Below are positions 12,203 to 24,584 of a DNA stretch of 64,000 nucleotides, in pieces. A model generated the notes under the pieces. The model saw only the letters and a list, made by a program, of their open reading frames with translations, was not told where the DNA came from and made no database searches. Numbering within the stretch: the first letter of the stretch is position 1; every line of letters starts with the position of its first letter. Both the position numbers and the translations under genes were made by a program. This stretch comes from Vezdaea acicularis (taxonomy: Eukaryota). The stretch covers positions 1-64,000 of the forward strand of contig JAPEUI010000092.1 of the NCBI GenBank assembly GCA_026025075.1, in the 5' to 3' direction.

Positions 12203-13697
12203 ATGTCATCGGATCTAGCTGATAAACCACAGCCTGGTCAATGGCCTGTGGATCCCCAGGAAGATGTGCCTATATCCAAAGATCGCATCTGGGTAGACGG
12301 CTGCTTCGACTTCAGTCATCATGGTCAGTAGCTTCAAGACTACCAGACTGCCTGTGAGCAATTCGTCTGACCATTCTAAGGCCATGCGGGTGCAATGCTC
12401 CAAGCACGACGGATAGGAAAGGTGCTGCTTGTGGGTATCCATTCAGACGAGGAGATTTTGGAAAATAAAGGCCCCACTGTTATGACCCTGAAGGAACGGT
12501 AGGCTCAACTCCGGGCATGCCTCTAATCTACCTCAATAACTAACATTCGACTCAGTGTCGCCGCTGTCGATGCCTGTCGGTGGTCTTCTCTTTCCGTGCC
12601 CTTCGCACCATATGTTACTTCACTCCCCTGGATATCTCATTATGGGTGCTACTTTGTTGTCCATGGCGACGACATCACATCAAATAGCAGCGGAGAAGAC
12701 TGCTACAGATATGTCAAGGCTGCTGGTAGATTTCACGTAGTGAAACGAACACCAGGGATATCGACGACCGACCTCGTTGGGCGCATGCTGCTATGTACGA
12801 GGAACCACTTTATCAAATCGTTGACTAAAGTGTTGATTGGCGAGGAGGGGCCTGGATCAGAAGCTGAAAGGAAAACTATGGGCGCACAGATGCTTCAAAG
12901 AATCAACGACTACGCGAGCGATGCGACGGGCCTTGAGCCAGGACCACCCGTGTGGACTTGGGCGGGGTCAGCGATAGCAATGCAAGAGCATATTGCAGAG
13001 GAAAAGGGGGCTTTCAGCACACTTGTTGCAGGTGTGGGACCTCGACCTGGGCAGCGCGTGGTCTACGTTGATGGAGGCTTTGATCTGTTCTCTTCAGGCC
13101 ACATTGAATTCCTCAGATTAGTGAATGGTACAGAAGAAGATGCCGGCCGAAAAACTGGCTGGTATGAGGCGAGCGCAAAAGCTGAAAGGATACAACGCAC
13201 TGGCGAAGACTATGGCCCGGTCTTTATCGTCGCTGGCGTTCACGACGACGAAGTTATCAATCATTGGAAAGGAGTCAACTATCCAATCATGAATATATTC
13301 GAACGTGGGCTCTGCGTCTTACAATGTCGGGTATGCCTTCTCGTACCCTTCCGTGAGATCAAGCTAAACATTATAGTACATCCATTCGGTGATCTTCTCT
13401 GCTCCTTTCACTCCAACAAAATCCTACCTCAATAATTTCCCATATGGTGTCCCCAAGGCTGTCTACCATGGGCCCACCGCGTTCATGCCGCTCACCTATG
13501 ACCCTTACACAGCTCCGCGGGAGATGGGCATCTTCAAACAGGTCGGCAGTCACGAATTTCAGGGGGTCAATGCTCAAGAAATAGTCGGCAGGATTATGAA
13601 GAGTAGAGATCGCTACGAAGCGAGACAAAGGATGAAGGCCATGAAGGCAATTGGGGAAGAAGACCAAAAAAAGGCTGAGGGTACATTAGATTCATAG
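12203..13697 (+). CDS. ECT1: Ethanolamine-phosphate cytidylyltransferase
   Basis: Two CTP-transferase domains: WVDGCFDFSHHGHAGAML and YVDGGFDLFSSGHIEFL, plus KRTPGISTTDLVGRML. Introns 12324..12380, 12499..12555, 13331..13376. Confidence 0.95.
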
Positions 13698-14322
13698 GAC
13701 TAAATAGAAAAAAGCTTGACCCGGAAGTTCGTGATTGTCTCCCGTATGAGGCAACCAAATGGAACATAGGAAAGAGAAAGAACGCTTCTAATTTGATTTC
13801 CTTCAGCGTGAATTTACAAACCTCCCTAATAAATTTCATTCTATACACTACCTACTGAGTGGAGCTCTCCTCTACCCGACCTATTTCTTTGCGCAGGAAA
13901 TAGTCACTAGACACGCCTTTTCTGCAATCAGATCTTGATTCACACTTATCGCATGATTGGAGGAACAAAGGCGAAGAAGCCCTATCTATTACCCACAAAC
14001 AAATGCAAGAATTTTACCCAGGCCTTTAAAGCCTCCATATCAACAAGAGTCACTCACATCCGGAAAAGAAATCCTTCAGCTGAGTTGCTAAACTCTATAA
14101 CTATGGAACTGTAGACTTGGATCCGTATACTTGCACAATAGGCCGCCGGGACTTTTAGAGGTAGGGGAAGTACCCCTTTATTAACCTAGGGGGTCACTCC
14201 TTCAATCGACCTGACTAAGCTCTCAGTCAGCCTCTTACGACTCGGGGGTCTCACTTGCTTCTTGAATAGCTTGCTAGCATGAGAATCAGGTGAATATCTC
14301 GTATACTCTAAGATGATACTCC

Positions 14323-14490
14323 TGTCGTAACTCGGGGAATCTTATATCGTACAAGCCCAACCCTCTTATTTCTTTGGAAAGTTCATCTCGCCTGCTAGTA
14401 ACACCTCATCTTATGTATCTTCGCGCATCTTCCGCATCTATCGCGCCCCGCAAGATCACTCGCGCGACAGACGCGAGTATGCGCGTAACA
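14323..14490 (-). mobile_element. Possible LTR-retrotransposon LTR relic (168 bp)
   Basis: Minus strand begins TGTTACGCG and ends GTTACGACA (TG...CA termini). Internal TATAAG and hairpin ACTCGCG/CGCGAGT. No target-site duplication and no gag/pol ORF seen. Confidence 0.3.
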
Positions 14491-14675
14491 TCCTACAGAA
14501 GATAAAGAGAAAGCTGAAGCCGTGCAAACACCCTAAAAACTATACAGGCAAGAGCCTCCCCCCCCTCCCCCAAACGCCAGACATTCGCAAAGCTCCTCTT
14601 CTCATCGACAGCCCAATACACCATCCCTTATCCACCTATCCCATCTTCTTCATCCCCATCCCACCCACCCCTCCC

Positions 14676-15541
14676 CTAAGACGTACTACTAGACACACTC
14701 AAGGACGAAGTCGTCGAGCTTGAGCTCGTCACCTCAGTATAGCTAGTACTAGTGGTACTCTCCGCGCTCACAGGGACGGTAACGCTCACGACATAGACCT
14801 TCGACTTAATCACGCAGACCTCGATCTCTGCGTAGTGTGGACACGGGGACTTTGCGGGCATGGTGGTAGTTTGGAGGGTCATAGGCGTTGAGGTGCTGGA
14901 GCTTGTGGTTGTGCTTCCCACTTCGGTGCAGATGGCGCATTTCTCAGATATGGTTGACGTCTCTGTTGTGGTAGATATCTCCGACGTGGTCGATGTGGTA
15001 GATGTGGTAGATGTGGTTGACGTCTCCGATGTTGTAGATGTCGCCGACGTGGTCGACGTGGTACTTAGCTCAGACGTAGTTGACGTCGCCGGCGTCGCCG
15101 TCTGCGAATAGCTAGAAGAGCTCGTACTCCCCCCTCCGCCATACCCATAAAAGCCCAACTGCCCCTCCACACAGCCCTGACTCGCCTGATACCCCTCGGT
15201 GATACAACTCTCATACGTTTGAAAAACCGCCGTTTCGCAATCAGTATACGCCGTGGAATGGTTAGTGCAGATACTAGCGGCGCCAGCGGTGAGGCAGGTG
15301 CTGTCTTCGGTCTGCAGGTGTTCGCAATAGGTCTCCGTCGTGAAGGTGATATACCTCGTCATTGAGGAAATGCAGGAGGGCGAGGAGCCATAGGGGGTGC
15401 AGAGCTGGTTGGCGTACTGTGGAAGGGTTAGAGAGGCAGCGGTGGTTAGGGGGGGGGAAGAGGGCGTACGGAGGAGGGAGTGTTTTGGGCGGAGGCGCCT
15501 GTAGCGGCTAGGGCGAGGGCGAGGACTGTGGCGTAATACAT
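14676..15541 (-). CDS. Secreted Cys-containing, Ser/Thr-rich (mucin-like/cell-wall) protein
   Basis: ATG 15541 gives signal peptide MYYATVLALALAATGASA. Intron 15417..15469 (GTACGC...CTAAC...CAG) splices into ORF 14676..15362. Cys-rich N-terminal domain followed by TTS repeats. Confidence 0.8.
14955..15090. repeat. Degenerate 9-bp coding tandem repeat (Thr-Thr-Ser units)
   Basis: Repeated gtggtagat/gtggtcgac units encoding STTSTTSETSTT. Confidence 0.8.
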
Positions 15542-16052
15542 GGTGGTAGGTTTGTATTGCCGTATTAAGGCTAGGATATTAGGGTTAGTATATTAGAATG
15601 AGTGTAGGCAGTAAGTGCTAAAGGAGCGTGAGGGCAAGGAGCCAAAAGAGTGACTGGAGTGGGCGACAAAAGCGAGGAGTTGATTTCCTGCGGTTAGTAA
15701 AGGGCTGAGGAGTAAGGAGGTCATGGAAGGGGCGCTGCATGATATACGCGCCCTCCTGTGTTTGTTATGGTGGTGCAAGATTGGTATGTGTCGCGAGGAA
15801 TGTGTGGATAGGAATGTGAACAGGATAGAGATGCGCAGTGTCACAACCGAAACGAAGAGAAATTGCGGTAATCTATCTGAATTGGTCTTCCAGTTATGTG
15901 GAGGAATGATAGAGGTAGAGGAAATGATGCAAACCTCCATTTTGGCCATCTTGGCGTGTTAGTGACTGTTGATATGCCTCCCCACCTAGACGCCATCATA
16001 ATACATTACCCCATGAAAGGTGATCCAGTAATCTCTCACATATCCCACTTCA

Positions 16053-17751
16053 TCAAAGCGTGGCTGCCAAAATCCATATTCCCATAACCCCTGCAATCGC
16101 CAGCCAGTCATGCCACAAAGAAGAGGCCGCTGCACGCACCTTAATGGTATTCACGCTAGCACCAGTAGAGGAACCTGCAGCATCCGAGTTCGTACCAGTC
16201 ATGCTACCAGCCGCACTTGAGGCAGTGACAGTCACTGAATCTGTAAGTGTGCTCGTGGTAGTCAGACCGGAGCACAAATTTTCCACGGCGTTAGCTCCAG
16301 TGATCAATCGCTGACCGCACGAAAGCCCGCTCGGACAACACGCATCCCACGGACACTTCGTATAGCCTGGGACGCAAGGGTTTGGATTATTGTATGTTGG
16401 ATTTGGCGTAACGAGTGTGAGGGTTTCCGGGATAGCAATCGTAATGCTGTTTCCGTTTACGACAGTTGTGGAGCTCGTGGCTGGGCAGTTCGTTTTACCG
16501 CAGTCCCGACCAATGCGGCAACATCCACCATTATAGTTGTAGGCATCGCAGAGGTAGTAGTCGCTAGGACAGACCGTACCTGTGGTAGTTGAAGTCGCCT
16601 GCGGAGTAACTTTCGCAGTCTGGGTGGCTGTGCCGCGGAAAGGGGCGCCAAAGCTACTCCCAGGTGAAGGGCAATCTGTCGCACCACATTCCTGGTCTGT
16701 TCGACAGCAACCGCCGCCTAGCGTTGATGGACATTCCCGATATGCGGAAGCACATGGAGTACTAGATGATGGTGTCGCAGTAGTCGAGATGGTAGTAGTC
16801 GACGCGAAGGAGCCAGCAGCGGAGGAAGTTGGAACAGGCGGGTTGGACAACTTGCCGCTAGTTGGATAGACTGTTGTTATAACGGAGAGCTGCGGTCCCG
16901 GCGCACCTGCCAATATTGGTCAGTACAATTTCCACAATTTACAGCCAGACATACTCACATCCTACATCCACACAGACGTACAGGGGGATACAACATCCGC
17001 CTCCTAGATTGTCGCTACATAGTGTAAATCCCAGATTACACGAGGTCAGATCTCCACTACAAGCCTTCATCTTTGGGCAACAGCCAACATCGCCTAATCC
17101 TGTGTCTTGAATGACATGGCAATCTTCATCGAGAGAACAGCAGCTGTTCGGACGGCCAATAGCGCCACAATCAGTGCTTCCCACCGGACAGGAGAAGTTG
17201 TCCCTCTTCATCAATCCAGTAATAGACATCTCTTCCGAGCGCCCAATCATACGAGAGATGAAGCTTTCGTAAGCGTTTGAGCGCCGTACTAGTGAGAAAT
17301 CGTGGTTGGTATGCCTGTTGAAAGGGGGCTTGAACGTGTATGGGGCTGAAGAATTGCCATAGCTTTCCCACTCGTCATCCTCAGCTGCCCTTGGCCGTAA
17401 CTTAGACATTTCGCCTACAGATTCATTACCTATTTCTTGCTCCTGTCTCTCACCGGAGAATCTTGCCGAGTCGTTATAACTGTATAATATATCGTCAATA
17501 TAAGGATAGTATTTTGCTTCTTCGTCCAGCGGAAGTGCCCTTATGACAACATGTCTCTCATAATCATGAGGACCATGCAGATTTTGAATATCACGGCGAA
17601 ATTTCGGACCATCTTCTGGCCAATACTTTGCATCGGCTGGTAGATTGTAAGGCCATCGATGTTCGAGGTTGGCGTAGGCGGGCGAATGTAGACTGCATAC
17701 GCAGAGTAGCAACAAAATAGGAGCCCCAATCAAGCTTAAGGCCTTATACAT
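16053..17751 (-). CDS. Putative GPI-anchored Cys-rich cell-surface protein
   Basis: N-terminal signal peptide, repeated C..GGCC modules, Ser/Thr stalk and hydrophobic C-terminus (WLAIAGVMGIWILAATL). Intron 16907..16958 (GTGAGT...CTGAC...CAG). Confidence 0.85.
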
Positions 17752-18537
17752 CGTTTTTTGAAAAGGGTCGCCTGAATGGACTAAGCAAACTCCTCTGGAA
17801 TAGATTATTGTTATAGCTCCTCTAGTGCTGTCGTAGAACTTAATCGCCCGGACGAGCTATGGTTGCCAATTACATATCCCCATGCCAGAAGAGAAGCATC
17901 ATGAAAGAAGTGAAATACCCCAAGACATCAACCGTAAGCTGCCACATTCACCCAGCGCTCAACGTCGCAGTGAATGGGCAAGTTTGCGACAATAGGACAA
18001 AAGGCGCCAAATGCGCTGTCATGGCACTACCGCAAACCTTCGCAAATCCCATGGCTGGCAAAATCCTGTTTGGATCGTCATGCAAAAGCATGGGTTGGTC
18101 CGCCGTCTGGGCACGCTAAGACGGGTTATCGCGAATATGATTGCCGCTTGTTGGTAAGGATTTGGATGATACCGTTGCGGCCTGCATGTAGGACAATAAA
18201 TGTTCGTGATGTCGGTTTGGTGTTTCCAGGTGCCGCCTGGTGTGGCTTGGCAGCTGTCACTTGAATTGGTTGAAACCTTGCAGCCAATAAGAAAAGCAGG
18301 GGTAAAGGAATATTTAGGAATACACAAGATGCGGTTGTTTCGCCCATTTGTCATTCAGGATTTGAGAGTTTGCTACTGAACAGTTTCACATACATCGACA
18401 TGCGACATACCGTCCAACATTAATCTAACCCAGACCACTACAGAACGCTAAACAACGTGTACAAAAACCAGAACATACATTGACAACATACATTGACTTG
18501 TAGAGTACCCATAATATCCACAGTCAGTCCGACTATT

Positions 18538-20473
18538 CTATTCTTCATCTACAGGGGCCTTTGGTCTGGTAGGAGCAAACTTGCTCTTCTCTCTGAGCTT
18601 ATGGCCGTAGAGGTAGAACAGAACCGGTATTGGGACAAGCGCCGCGGCTACGCATCCAAGGAGAGTCGACGCCCATTGAATTCCCATACCATCAAACATG
18701 TAAGTCGCGAACAAGGGGAAACAAGCTCCAGCAAGTGATCGAAGAAACGTATTTCCAGCAATAGCAGAGGCCGCACTATGGTGAATGCATTAGCAACGAA
18801 GAGGGGAGATATGTGAAGCAAGACTTACAACATAAGATAAGCATCTACGATATAATTAAGGGACTGGAGGAAGATCGAGAGAAGTCCGAAGCCCGTAAAC
18901 AGGCCAGAGACGGTAGGCGCCGCCCAGTGGATTGATTTCTTGTACGCCGTCCAACCAAACCAGAAAAGACCTATTGCAAAAGAGACGCCACCAATGATGA
19001 CGGGAGGCAGACGCCACTCAGGCACGGGGACGTTGTTGTTCTTGCTGAGTTTACGATTATACGAAGGCTGTGTCAGGGCGATATAAACACCGGAAAGGAG
19101 CATGCCTATGACCATCCCGATGAAAGGTAGTCCTCCAACACCTGGGCCCCATCCGCGGACTTTTTGAAACGCAAGAGGATATGCCGTCAGAAAGAGATAC
19201 AGTAGCCCATATATGAAGGACATGTAGATCGAGATAGCGAGGACGATTGGTTCGGTGAAGAGAATACGTAACGGACGGCTAAAGTTTTTGGAAACGAGTT
19301 CTCTGAAGTCCACTTCGATTTCTTCTTGCTTCGCGTGAACACCCCAATTGGCTGTCCGTCGTCTTATTTCGTCTGCTTTGGCAACAAGGATGACGGGAGG
19401 GTATGTCTCTTCGAGGAAAAACAGGTTCAGGACGAAGGCCGCCGCACCCATAATTCCAGTAAGGTATTCAGTCCATCGCCATCCTAACTTGCTCTGGACG
19501 ATGAAACCACCAATGAAAGGGGCTAGAAGGGGTCCTGTGAACACAGTCATAGAGAACACAGTGATGGCAAGCCCACGGCTACGATTACCAAACATATCTG
19601 AAAAGACTGCAGCAACGACAGCCAATGGGCAGGCACCGAAGAATCCGCCAAAGAATCGACAGATAAGGATGGTCTGGAGATCTTTTCCTGTGGCAACTGC
19701 AAATTGAAAGATCGTAAATCCAAACATAGATAAGATAAGCGGCAGACGTCTCCCCTTGAGTTCCGAGAAGGGTGCCCAGAAAACAGGTCCAGTTGCGAAA
19801 CCTAGGACGTAAAGGGAGACACCAAGTGTTCCAACCTCTTGAGATACGCCATATTTTTTTGCGACAGATAAAGTAGCCGTGGAGAAGATACTGCTTGTAA
19901 AAGCCGAGACCAGGGTAGTGTAGCCAAGCATGACAGCAGTGCCAATCCTGAGCGTTTGTTGTTAGTACATTTTTACAGAGCATTGGCAGTAAGTTCGCAG
20001 ACTCACTTCTTGCCAATCTTCCAATTCTGAGCGTGCATTGGGTCATGTTCTCCATCAAACTCCACGACGTATTCCTCTCTCTCAGGTAGCGGTGGAGGGA
20101 ACGGCTTTCCAGCGCCCATCTCTGGTAAAGGCCTCTTTGCTTGTCTCGTCCTCGTCTTGCTCGCAGCAGTTAAACCTACTGTGCCGCTATGCTGGCTGCG
20201 CTGTGTATGGATCCGGCTCAAGGCAGTTTCGTTCCGTTCAAGGGAATGATAAGGCTGGTCTGGCTGCGTCGATTGACGACTCATCCTGTCGCGACGGGAC
20301 ACCGAGTTTCTGGAACCCGAAGAGGACGACGATGATGTTGAAGATGCTGTCCTTGTTCTTTCAATCTCATCGTCGATGCCCCGTTCGACCTTTGGGGCCG
20401 GCTCAGGCTCTGGAAAGCGACTAGGGCTGGCATCTCGCTCGGCCTTCTCAAGATCTCGGTCGACTTCGTCCAT
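18538..20473 (-). CDS. MFS drug:H+ antiporter (DHA1, Tpo/Flu1-like multidrug/polyamine transporter)
   Basis: Motifs [46 protein letters not shown]. Introns 19948..20006 and 18776..18828; last exon ends ...PVDEE*. Confidence 0.93.
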
Positions 20474-22118
20474 CGTGAGGCTCAGGAACTTTGAGCCAAG
20501 AAATCCGATGATATAATAGACTTGGGGCGCGTCCGCTCTTACTTAAGCAACTTATGCTTATGTTACGCGTTGTTGGCTTTCCCTATCAAGAGACTTGACG
20601 CTGGCGGACGTGCTCGCGGAAGTGCTCGGATGTTCTGTTTCGGGACACAGCCGAGCTAGTCGGATTGTGTAGGATTCGCACTCCAAGTCCTGATTACCAT
20701 CCAGAAAGAGTGCCCACGACCGAGGTAATAGAGGCTATCAATTATGAGATTATTGCAAGTTCTTCTGTCGGCGGGCAATGCGACGTTTACGTCGTCATCA
20801 CTCGAACCTGGATGAAGATTACTCACCCAGTAGAGGAATCTGATCTACGCTAATCGTGGACCCCTCCGGCTAAGCTTTTGGCTCAATGATTACGATTGGT
20901 CAATTGGATCAAACGGAATGCCACGACTAAAAGTCTCCGACCCTCGCGCAACAGGAGAATCAATTGAACACCGTCTTACGACTGGTACCTGGCAAGGAGA
21001 AAGAGTCGCCTTTTATCGTCGGCAATATGCTCTAGCTTCATCGTGCAACGGACTCGTCTTCAGCGAATTCCGTATGCCTCGGACGTCATCGCAAACTTTC
21101 CCATATGGCCCAGGGGTGCCGCACGAACCGAGTGATGCGTTATCTCCGAGTGGCTGGTAGCGATATCGCCAACGCCAGATCCCAAGGCCTCGGCAAAAAC
21201 AGAGAGGATTACCTCGACTCTTCTCCTGATGGTAAGGAGCTGGATGCCGAGACTATTTTCAGACCCTATGCGACGAGAGAGGCAGCTCTGGAGGCTCACA
21301 CGTGACCGTGACTTTATTCGTCGCGCCTTCACCTTCGAGACAGGCCCAAACGCACTCTGCCACGAATCCCCGCATATGAGACGGGCCATTTCCGGCGTTC
21401 CACAAAACACCACAGATCTCAAATTCTGGGCCACACGTTTTAATTCCTCATCGAATTGACTGGCTGACATTAACGGGGCCAAAAGGCTGTCGAATGAACG
21501 TCGAACAGTCGATGTAGAGCACCATTCGAGCATCACGTGAGCCGTGACTTTTTGCGTCTGACTTGGATGGGAAACTGAAAATTCTCCATGTTTGCCTTCT
21601 AGCCAACGGAATTGGCCGGAGCAAACAGATTTTGGCCTTGCATCTGCTCAAGAACAAAGGACTCGAAGCGCACGGCGTTATAGCTCGCAAACAGACTCTT
21701 CTACGTATCGAATCTGCCTTTGAGGTAGCCATCTCGCCCAACAGCAATCGCCTCATAGGGCGCAAGAGCTATCGCTAAATGCAGATCACCGTGATAGTCG
21801 TACGTGTACCTGCGACGGTATATACAAGGCGCCACGCTAGACCATAATGGAACAGTATAGTGAAAGATGCAACAGGCCGTCTTTAGTTGATTGTAGAGTT
21901 TGATGGCATTCAAACGCGCAGAAATTGAAATCGGAACGTTGAGCCAGGGCTACGGCATCAAAGACGTCGCAGGCCGTACCACGCCGGCCTAATATCGGAG
22001 CGCATAGTGGGGCACGCAAAAATATTTCGGGAAAAAGTCTGCCCCACTATCGTCATCTGCATGCCCTCAACCAAGACGTCTAACGTCAATCGTACACAAC
22101 AGAGGCTCTTCGCAATTG

Positions 22119-22141
22119 CTCTCTCTCTCTCTCTCTCTCTC
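22119..22141. repeat. (CT)n microsatellite upstream of ADE12
   Basis: ctctctctctctctctctctctc read directly. Confidence 0.9.
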
Positions 22142-22240
22142 CGCCATCACGCGCGCCGCACGCCATAAGTACCACTGCCGCCGCATGAAATAACACCTCG
22201 TACACTACACTTCCCCACACCGCGCACTCGTCCCACCACC

Positions 22241-23576
22241 ATGTCCGCAACAATCGTGCTCGGCGCACAATGGGGCGACGAAGGCAAAGGCAAGCTCGTC
22301 GACATCCTCTCCCGGAGCTCATCCCTCTGCTGCCGCGCCCAAGGCGGGAACAACGCAGGCCACACCATCGTCGCCGACGGCATAACCTACGACTTCCACA
22401 TCCTACCATCCGGGCTCCTCAACCCCTCCTGCATCAACCTGATCGGCGCGGGCTGCGTCGTGCACGTCCCAAGCCTCTTCGCCGAGCTCAAGTCGCTGCA
22501 GGATAAAGGCTTGGATACGACGGGAAGGATCTTTGTCGCGGATAGAGCACATGTTGTTTTTGATCTGCATCAGTTGGTGGATGGGCTCGAGGAGGGCGAG
22601 CTAGGCGGGAAGGCTGTGGGGACAACCAAGAAGGGCATCGGGCCTGCGTATGCATGTAAGGCGAGTAGGAGTGGGGTACGTATGGGGGAACTGGCGGACG
22701 AGAAGGTGTTTGCGCGGAAGTTAAGGAGTATGGCGGAGGGGTATCGGAAGCGGTATGGCGACCGGCTGGTCTACGACGTCGAAGAGGAGATTGAGCGGTT
22801 AAAGGTACACTTCCCCACCCATACCCCCTGACCAACCAACTAACCCACCCCCCACCTAGACCTACCTCCCCGCCCTCCTCCCCCTCCTCCTGGACCCCCT
22901 CCCCCTCCTCTCAAAATACACCAGCAACCCGCATACCCCCCTCCTAATCGAAGGCGCCAACGCCCTAATGCTCGACCTAGACTGGGGCACCTACCCCTAC
23001 GTAACCTCTTCTTCCACAGGTCTCGGCGGGATCTTCACCGGCCTCGCCCTCTCCCCCCTCTCCATCTCCTCCATCATCGGCGTCGTAAAATCCTACACCA
23101 CCCGCGTCGGCGCCGGGCCCTTCCCCACCGAATCCAGCGCGCCAGACGCCGGCGCAAAGCTCCAGCGCATCGGCCGCGAATGGGGCGTCACCACCGGCCG
23201 CCAACGGCGCTGCGGATGGCTCGATCTCGTCGTTCTGAGGCACTCCTGCCGCGTAAACCACTATACCAGTCTCTGTCTCACGAAACTCGACGTCCTGGAC
23301 TCTTTCCCCGAGATCCATGTCGCAACCGCGTACGAACTCGATGGACAACTCCTCGATAACGAGTCTTCCTATCTGGCGGATTTGGACCAGTTGCAGAGGG
23401 TGAAGGTCGTTTATGAGGTTTTGCCGGGCTGGGAACAGGAGACGACTGGGTGTACGAGCTGGGACGACTTGCCGAGTAGGGCGAGGGAGTATGTCGAGAT
23501 GGTCGAGAAGGCTGTGGGGGTGCGTGTGGGCTGGGTGGGGACCGGGCCGGGGAGGGAGAGTATTATCGTGCGGTAA
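22241..23576 (+). CDS. ADE12: Adenylosuccinate synthetase
   Basis: Signature motifs [60 protein letters not shown]. Intron 22805..22859. Confidence 0.97.
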
Positions 23577-24584
23577 GGCTCAGGGGTCTGATTGGCCGTC
23601 CGGGAAGGGAAGCGGGGGGAGGAGAGAAAGGGGAAATGATAGAAAGAGGGGAAGTCATCCTACTTTCTTTCGCCTTGGCTAGATAGACGAATAAAGAACG
23701 GGGACTTCATGAGCACAGCAGCATAGACACAAGTGGGGATACCATGACCCCACATATTCATCACCGCACGCCCCAAATTCTCACACACGGACCAGAGCAG
23801 AGCAGAGTAGAGCGAGATGCAAACCAACAATCATGACATTCCATTATCCATCATAACCCATACCCCTTTTCACTCCCTTCATTCATCTTCTTCGTCTGCA
23901 AAAAGCCGAACCCCACCTCAACCCAGTCTAGCCCACATCAACCATTCAACGCAGCGCGGTATATACAGGACCACTCCCCCTACTCCCCTCCGCACAACAA
24001 TCGACTTGCTCGCGAAAAAACGGCGCCGAAACGCGTAGAAAGTTGTGAGCAGAGCAGAATAGAAGCGAGCAGAATAGAACGGAACAGCAAAGAAAAGGAT
24101 GCACGCGACCCAAAAAGAGCTCCCCCCCAGAAAGATGATAATTCCAAATTCTAGTAAGCATGCGTGATAACGCCCATGAGCCAGCAACCCCTTTTGCCCC
24201 CTTGAAAGTCAGATGATAGAGATCAGATTCTAGATGGAAAAAGCGAGTGACCGGTCCAGAAGGAGGGGGTAATGCGAAGTCTTTTCTGCACTGCCCCATC
24301 TCCCTCCTCTCTTTAATAGTCGGAAAAAGGAGGATAAATTGGCCAGAAGTGGACAGGGGCGATCAAGACGGCGCAATCCTACCCCTGGGCCCAAACATGA
24401 CCTGGAGGAGGTATTCGCGCCGGCGCCGCTTGGCCGGCTGACCCGACACGTCCGTCATCGACCTCCTCATCATCCCCTCGATCCCGACCATGCCGTCCTC
24501 GACAGCCAGGCTCCCCCTTTTCCCCGCACCTCTCATCCCCCACCCAGGGTCGGCCGCGAGCGTCGCACCCGCGGCCATCGACCG

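Noticed and set aside
15579..15588. TTAGGGTTAG telomere-like word
   Set aside because: Isolated 1.5 repeats about 40 nt upstream of a protein start codon; no room for a telomerase RNA and not an interstitial array.
20900..21950. Short ORFs between the MFS transporter and ADE12
   Set aside because: No recognisable motifs or consistent splice structure; likely a divergent promoter region.
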